A stretch of 5,219 nt of DNA from Trichoplax adhaerens (Eukaryota; Animalia; Placozoa): contig NW_002061136.1 in NCBI RefSeq assembly GCF_000150275.1, positions 1-5,219 on the forward strand, read 5' to 3'. The position numbers and the translations under genes are program-made. Below the pieces are notes generated by a model. That model was given only the letters and a program-made list of their open reading frames with translations. It had not been told where the DNA came from and ran no database searches. Below, piece after piece: positions 1-5,219 of this stretch (within the stretch, counting starts at the first letter, position 1; the number at the start of each line of letters is the position of its first letter).

Positions 1-220
1 GTAATATGTAATGAAATGAAAAGTGTAGAGATCAAGCTACGAAACTTTAACAAACTTTGATTCTACTTTCGTTGCACTCCGGTCGACTTAACGCTAATAC
101 TTTGACACCAAATAAAATTTGGGGAAATAACCGAACAACAATTTATTTCAAAACAAAAATGGAGAGAAGTATAAACCGAACAACCGCACAAATACTTAGC
201 TTTAAGTATTATTAAAATAA

Positions 221-412
221 ATGACAGACTTAAAAACTGTCAACGACCAAACAACCTTTCAAAAAGAAGAACGTTTTAACTTACGACAATTCGACCCCGA
301 AGGCCTTTTAAATTCAACAAGTTCTTCAAATAAAATCTTCTTCTACTCCCTCTCTAAATTTTCTAATTGCACTATCATTTATAGGCTTCGTAGAGCCGTC
401 AGAGGTATTTAA
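221..412 (+). CDS. Possible small hypothetical protein (63 aa), doubtful
   Basis: From the ORF track. The N-terminal half is hydrophilic and protein-like, but there is no Shine-Dalgarno, no recognisable motif, and the length is compatible with chance. Confidence 0.15.
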   Translation: MTDLKTVNDQTTFQKEERFNLRQFDPEGLLNSTSSSNKIFFYSLSKFSNCTIIYRLRRAVRGI

Positions 413-533
413 AACTAAACATTTGCTAACCAATCGCTCTTAAGATCCGTTTTACAAAACTATTTTGCACCATTTAAGAAAATAAAAATCATTCAAAGTT
501 CAGACACAATTTAACCTACGATTCCCTTACAAA

Positions 534-618
534 ACACTATAAAAGTAACAAGCTAACTATAAAAATACATCAAACTTCATTTCTAACATAATTCCTATCA
601 TTAATACACTATAAAAGT
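534..618 (+). repeat. 13-bp direct repeat acactataaaagt
   Basis: Exact copies at 534-546 and 606-618; partial aactataaaa at 555-564. Confidence 0.6.
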
Positions 619-889
619 CTAAAAATCAATCTTTAAACATCAAGATTTAGTCATAAAAACAACACTCTAACTACCTAACAATCAACACAACCTCTGCCAA
701 TTTCCATCTGATTTTCTATTTTCCTCACTAAATCTCCTAATGTGACTTCAAGTCACGTCAGAAAATTCCAAAGTTTCAAATTCATAACAAAAAGTTCAAA
801 TCTCAAAAATCAGCTCTTACGATATTCTTTATGAACAAAAATCCAAAAATTAAAACAGAGAAATTATAATTCAGACATAAATTAAAAAT

Positions 890-980
890 AAACCCGACCG
901 GTTCCAAAACAGGAAAATTATATCGGACACAAACCCGACCGGTCCCAGAATCCGAAAACTATATCGGACACAAATCCGGA
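890..980 (+). repeat. 41-bp tandem duplication plus partial third copy
   Basis: 890-930 aaacccgaccggttccaaaacaggaaaattatatcggacac vs 931-971 aaacccgaccggtcccagaatccgaaaactatatcggacac (35/41), followed by aaatccgga 972-980. A degenerate half-unit lies at 852-881. Confidence 0.92.
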
Positions 981-1181
981 AAAATTCGCTTTTTATGAAG
1001 ATCACAGTAATCGCTTATCAAAAAAATTTCTATGACTACTATCGCCTACTACGACTACTTTTCTGACATTAGTATTGCTTAGTATTCGCGAGTATTGACA
1101 GTTGATGTTTTAGCGTCAGATTGTACTGTAACTGTACGAGTATAGACTACATTACAGTACTTTATCGTCATGTTATAAATC

Positions 1182-1276
1182 CCCTTTCTCTAAGGATAGG
1201 GTTTTGCTACTAAGTCAAATTTCTTTACAATTTGAATAGACGATCAAACGCCCTTTCTTTAGATTAGGCATTTGCT
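1182..1276 (+). repeat. Degenerate ~27-bp direct repeat
   Basis: ccctttctctaaggatagggttttgct 1182-1208 vs ccctttctttagattaggcatttgct 1251-1276. Confidence 0.55.
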
Positions 1277-1769
1277 CTATAGGGCTACTCCTATAGTAAT
1301 CTATATAATACCTTGTAAAATAATGAAGAAGAAAAGATGGCGACATGATGATTTGGCAGGGTAAAACTTAAAGACACTATCACTTTGTAGGTATTTTGTA
1401 TAGTAAAATAATACTAATTACATACTAAAAACTACNNNNNNNNNNNNNNNNNNNNNNNNNNNNNNNNNNNNNNNNNNNNNNNNNNTTGTCGCTAAATATT
1501 GATTGGATGGTATTAGGGTCCTGTGCAATGTTAATTTCGTTGTTACTAACTGGTAACTGATCTCCTCTGAATTTTAAACTTTACTGGAGTCTAAATCTAC
1601 ATTGCTACTGCATGTAATATCTATTACAGTATAGCCTCTATACCAGTGCTAAAAATAAAATCGATTTCTATAGGTAAATATTAATTAAGAATTTAATTTG
1701 AAAGCTGGTCTTGTGTATGATGTTATCGTTTAATATTCTCCTCCTCGAGCTTATAGTTAATGAATAATA
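1200..1769 (+). repeat. Array unit Z (spans gap 1)
   Basis: aatagacgatcaaa 1235-1248 vs aatatacgatcaaa 4308-4321 (13/14); tttgctcta 1271-1279 = 4378-4386; tttactg 1580/4534, gctactgc 1604/4559 and acagtat 1626/4584 (offsets 2954-2958). Confidence 0.6.
1436..1485. other. Assembly gap (50 N)
   Basis: Run of N in the sequence. Confidence 0.99.
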
Positions 1770-2360
1770 GATATCAGTAAACTATACACATTAATATTTG
1801 ATATAATTGTAATTAACAGCGCTATTCACAACAACTTAGATTATTGATAAATTCTGTTATTAAGTTGTCACAAACCAGTTTCGTGACAAAGATAACGTAA
1901 AACAAATCTCTAAATTACGATAGTCTCCGGGATTCAGTTTCCTTTAACTACCTCACAAGAATTTAGATGCCTTTGCTTCTACGTTAAAACAACTATAAAA
2001 CTCTTCTTTCATTCAACTATCTGCCGAGCTTAAATACCCTTCGGCAGCAATTATCATGTATGAGTCATAACAGTTCATAAAATTTAGCTCATATTAGATA
2101 GCTAAGTTAATACAGATATTATTCATAATTTTGGACATGTACTGAACGATTATAGATAACTGGACAACAGTATATCCAAACACAGAATTGTTTATAGTAT
2201 CATCTATAATTGAATATCTTCAGAATATTCATCACAAGCGTTACAAGACATAACACTATAATCAATTAATATTAGTTACCTTATGAGAACTCTTACTACA
2301 ATACAGCATAGTTTACTGTAACAAAATAATAACTACCGTAGTTCTTACTTACTATAAGTT
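1770..2360 (+). repeat. Array unit A
   Basis: 1866-1897 vs 4276-4306 (26/32); 1939-1960 vs 4329-4350 (16/22); 1954-1988 vs 4398-4432 (25/35); atgagtcata 2060-2069 = 4499-4508; 2163-2190 vs 4580-4607 (23/28). Confidence 0.85.
2021..2047. other. GC-rich hairpin
   Basis: ctgccga 2021-2027 / tcggcag 2041-2047 plus one G-U pair; no U-tract on either strand, so not called a terminator. Confidence 0.55.
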
Positions 2361-2410
2361 NNNNNNNNNNNNNNNNNNNNNNNNNNNNNNNNNNNNNNNN
2401 NNNNNNNNNN
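2361..2410. other. Assembly gap (50 N)
   Basis: Run of N in the sequence. Confidence 0.99.
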
Positions 2411-2499
2411 GGTTTTAAACAGATAACTATCACTACAGTTTATTCTTTTCTATGCTCTTCTCCCCGTCCACATTACATCACAGTTAGCCTTTATATACT

Positions 2500-3034
2500 T
2501 TCTAAGATATTTACTATTTACATTAATCTCACGTAGGAGATCTCACAACCATAACCTCCTATCCAGTAATAATCTTACAACACGACTACAAATCGTGTCA
2601 GCATAAACAACTCTCTAACACAAAGATTGCACAGCATCCATATCTATGTTTCCCTAGTCTATCCTCCTATTCGAATACATACAAAATAACTAGGGACAGT
2701 TGATCATCAAAACACCTTACTAACAAACACCATAACACATCAATTTCCATCAATAACAAACACCGTAACACTTCTAACTCATCACGGCAAAAAAGGTACC
2801 GTGACAATAACGGTAATATAATTTTAAAGATTCATGTGCTGTCTCATTCATGGGAGGTCATGGATATAGGAAAGATAAAAAAATATTTACTATCATCAAT
2901 TTTACACAAGGAAGAAATTATACATTAATCACAAACTTTAAATATATAAAATGTGTCTTCTAAATCAAATTTAGAATAGATGTTGACGTCACCGGTTATT
3001 GATTTCTTAAAATTGACAGCACAATTAAATTAAT
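2500..3034 (+). repeat. Array unit C
   Basis: aatcgtgtcagcataaacaactctctaac (2591-) vs aatggtgtcacaaaacagctttgcaac (4271-); hairpin 2651-2696 at the same position as hairpin 4329-4352; tactaacaaac 2718 vs tactagcagac 4385; gtaccg..gacaa..acggta 2796-2815 resembles 5120-5167. Confidence 0.65.
2721..2785 (+). repeat. ~33-bp tandem duplication
   Basis: taacaaacaccataacacatc 2721-2741 vs taacaaacaccgtaacacttc 2754-2774 (19/21); both copies continue into catca. Confidence 0.8.
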
Positions 3035-3629
3035 ATCGATTATTTATAAACATCAGAAATTTATTATCTTTATAATAATGTAAATTAGATGATAATAAGG
3101 TATGGTGCAGTAACAAGCCTTTGTAGGTTTAGAATTGTTTACTATCATATCAAATTAATACAGAGCAAATTATTACTCCTTTGACATCAATATCTGGTTA
3201 GTTTCGTTTTAAATAATTTTAAAGTTATTAAAACGCCTTGTCACGGTACGAACCACCGTGAAGCGTAAGTGACTAAATTAAGTGGTTAACATTTATGCAC
3301 CGTGCTATATCATAATTGCGCAAAATACATCTGACTACTAGTAAAATTGCGAATTATCACCCAATTGTGTTCCTCTGCAAATATACCAGTATCCGAAATG
3401 GCACAAGTTACTTATAATAGAGAAGATTCCCTAATTTGTAATTAGATTATTTAGTTTCTTGAAATTGACTAATAGTCAGTATACAGACAAAATCTGTAAG
3501 ATCCAAATGGAAGGTGTGTATAATATCTAGGAAGAGCTTTCAAAGCATTTATTAAATCAATAGCATTACTTTAGGAGTGGCAAGTGTAATACGTTGGACA
3601 TTTTGTCTGTTTCTATAACTATGTGAAAT
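3035..3629 (+). repeat. Array unit D (more diverged)
   Basis: Chain of individually weak colinear hits to unit B: 3041-3070/4175-4202, atggtg 3102/4272, aaacgcct 3231/4409, catttat 3290/4472, gaatta 3351/4540, cagtat 3387/4585, and 3403-3429/4603-4629 (18/27 ungapped). Confidence 0.5.
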
Positions 3630-4149
3630 ATGACAGTATTTGAAGAATTATATTCATCAATGACTTATTATGATTACTTTTAACTAAAATGAACACTTAT
3701 ATAATTCACCTTAACAAAATATATTATTCAGCAGTGAAATGCTATTACAGTTTGCAATTTATCATATCACCACCAAAAAATTTGATCGCTTTACCGTTGT
3801 ATCAAGTTTCGTATGTAATTATTGCCAGTATTAATTTAATTCACAAAATATTATCAATAAGTCGCAAATTCATAAAATTTGATTATGCATGAGATATCAT
3901 TGACATCGTATCTGCGGCAAGAAAAACAAATTTTTTAAGTCTTACTTTTCGCATAAAAAAATTATAAAGAAATAAAGTGAATTTAGTCTAACAATTCAAC
4001 TTCACAACATCTTTTTTTATAGTGCAGTAGTAGCTTTACTATAATCTAAACAGATTATTTCACGTCCACATTCTTTAATTAAAAGCATATAGGTTTTAAA
4101 CTCATCGTTATGTATGTGTTACTATACTGTACTTTTAAATTTTGCGGTT
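3630..4149 (+). repeat. Array unit E (more diverged)
   Basis: Five short hits to unit B within offsets 538-544: tatttg 3637/4175, acttttaa 3676/4220, tattat 3722/4265, acag(c)tttgcaa 3747/4285, gtatcaag 3799/4342. Hairpin ttgat..atcaa 3782-3805 lies at the position of the B hairpin. Confidence 0.45.
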
Positions 4150-4719
4150 ATATCTGTATTCAATTATCATCCCATATTTGCAAAACATTGCAAATTACTC
4201 TTGAAGTAAAAGTAATTTCACTTTTAAGCTCATAACTTTTGATTACAACTAATCTCTTTAATTTTATTATAATGGTGTCACAAAACAGCTTTGCAACAAG
4301 ATAACGCAATATACGATCAAAAAGCCAATTCCTTGAACCACGTATCAAGGAACGATATCTGTACTATCACGAACACTTTTGCTCTACTAGCAGACTACAC
4401 AAAGACTTAAACGCCTCGTATTTTACGTTAAACACTAAGTTGGAGAATTCTCTTTATTTCACGATATACTGCATTTATATACTACTCCTCAATAGTTCAT
4501 GAGTCATAGTTAATACAATTAACATTAGAATCATTTACTGAATTAGATATTAATTTTAGCTACTGCTCCCTTAAATGCAGACAACAGTATTTACAAACAT
4601 AGACATGTAATGACTAATACAGAATAGTCAGATTACGATATGTCCTATCACGGAATATTTCCATGATAACTTACAGTCTACCATAAGTAAATTACAATCA
4701 CAATGATTCGAACTGTAAG
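4150..4719 (+). repeat. Array unit B (reference copy; hairpin-rich)
   Basis: Shares blocks with all other units. Stems at 4176-4195, 4207-4226, 4329-4352, 4536-4589, 4563-4580, 4607-4636, 4646-4668 and 4669-4720. Confidence 0.85.
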
Positions 4720-4720
4720 T
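4150..4720. ncRNA. Putative long structured ncRNA (representative of the array units); family not recognised, strand uncertain
   Basis: No sizeable ORF, dense stems, and compensatory changes between units in two helices. Most wobble pairs read as G-U on the + strand, but 4646-4668 pairs better on the - strand. Inference only; no expression data. Confidence 0.35.
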
Positions 4721-5219
4721 AGATAATTTGCATTCCCTATTATAACTATTAATTTCAGTATGTGTATAAGTGTCACTGTCATAAAAAGTCAGTGCTATAT
4801 TAAAACACAGTATATCCAAATTAGAAGTTAACTAAATAAGGATAGTCTCACAGAATTATCCTAACATAGTTATTTCTACTGTAATACAGTATTTAACACT
4901 GTAAAAAATGGCCATATAGTATCACAATAAATTCGTAATGGCCCCAAGTCTAAATTTATCTCATGACTTCACCCATAAGCCTTTTTGTTTCTTAATTATA
5001 TTAAGTTGAGAACTATGTAAACGTGATTATGTCATTGATTTAGAAATGTACAATCGTATAAGAAACATTAATGTTGTGAGAATTTTTTTAATACGATTAA
5101 GTAGATTTTTACAACTTTTGTACCGAAATTATTCGTTTTCCTATAGATGCAGATATTGACAACGGTATTTTATGATAGACTATTTGGTGATTTAGACTTC
5201 ATTTTTACATAAATTCGCG
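4720..5219 (+). repeat. Array unit F (probably truncated by the window end)
   Basis: ttaatacgattaa 5088-5100 vs ttaatacaattaa 4510-4522 (12/13) and gacaacggtattt 5158-5170 vs gacaacagtattt 4580-4592 (12/13), both at offset 578; atgcaga 5147/4575; atagac 5175/4599; taagtgtcac 4767 vs taagttgtcac 1861; gatagtctc 4841 = 1919. Confidence 0.75.
4822..4878. other. Long imperfect hairpin (~22 bp)
   Basis: Nested pairs tagaag/tttcta, taacta/tagtta, aggatag/ttatcct and tct/aga around loop cac; two G-U pairs on the + strand. Confidence 0.6.

Larger units (their letters stand above)
1200..5219 (+). repeat. Tandem array of about 7 diverged ~530-660 bp non-coding units (boundaries approximate, runs off the right edge)
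   Basis: Colinear matches to the unit at ~4150-4720 occur at offsets ~2955-3100, ~2380-2445, ~1680, ~1135-1200, ~540 and -578. The (A/C)CRGTA anchor recurs at 1626, 2167, 2810, 3386, 4584 and 5162, with a degenerate candidate at ~4050. Confidence 0.75.

Noticed and set aside
218-223. TAAATG poxvirus late-promoter-like start
   Set aside because: Common hexamer in AT-rich DNA; nothing else indicates a poxvirus.
890-980. CRISPR array
   Set aside because: Only two adjacent copies, no unique spacers, no cas genes.
200-1760. Stop-codon reassignment hiding genes (e.g. minus-strand MIVQLENLERE*KKILFEELVEFKRP from 378 leftward; SLKFRGDQLPVSNNEINIAQDPNT running into gap 1)
   Set aside because: In the frames I translated by hand, different stop types interrupt within short distances, so no single reassignment gave a long ORF. 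Not tested exhaustively.
3431-3660. Several 5-6 bp AT-rich hairpins (3431-3445, 3482-3498, 3536-3546)
   Set aside because: Stems this short are expected frequently by chance at this base composition.
3689-3892. 67-aa ORF on +
   Set aside because: I/Y/L/K-rich composition typical of random AT-rich frames, no RBS, and not preserved in the other array units.
1095-3905. Sigma70 promoters at TTGACA (1095, 3013, 3181, 3900)
   Set aside because: No good -10 hexamer at 16-18 bp spacing.
3913-3960. Intrinsic terminator
   Set aside because: Stem is long, interrupted and weak, with no properly placed U-tract.
4160-4348. 62-aa ORF on -
   Set aside because: Non-ATG start, no motif, and the homologous part of unit A differs by indels and has no equivalent ORF in the track.
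4628-4819. 63-aa ORF on -
   Set aside because: Non-ATG start, no recognisable domain, and it overlaps a densely paired region.
4391-4849. Group I intron P7 (gacta 4393 / tagtc 4625 or 4843) or group II intron domain V
   Set aside because: Only 5-mer matches; no supporting core elements or domain V consensus were recognised on either strand.

Overview
AT-rich (roughly 30% GC by eye), apparently non-coding window with two 50-N scaffold gaps (1436-1485, 2361-2410). No convincing protein gene, tRNA, rRNA, IS or CRISPR array is visible, and the source organism cannot be determined. The main signal is a cryptic head-to-tail array of about seven highly diverged units of roughly 530-660 bp, running from ~1200 to the right edge. 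Each unit carries up to two recognisable blocks: a TGTCAC..CTTTGCAA..GATAAC-like block, often followed by a hairpin, and about 200-400 nt later a TACYG...ACRGTA stem. Both helices show compensatory base-pair changes between units, which suggests selection on secondary structure (a putative array of long structured ncRNAs). Upstream (~420-1100) lies a G-poor leader with a 41-bp tandem duplication and a 10-bp-phased inverted motif array, where the GC skew flips. All alignments were made by eye and need computational confirmation.
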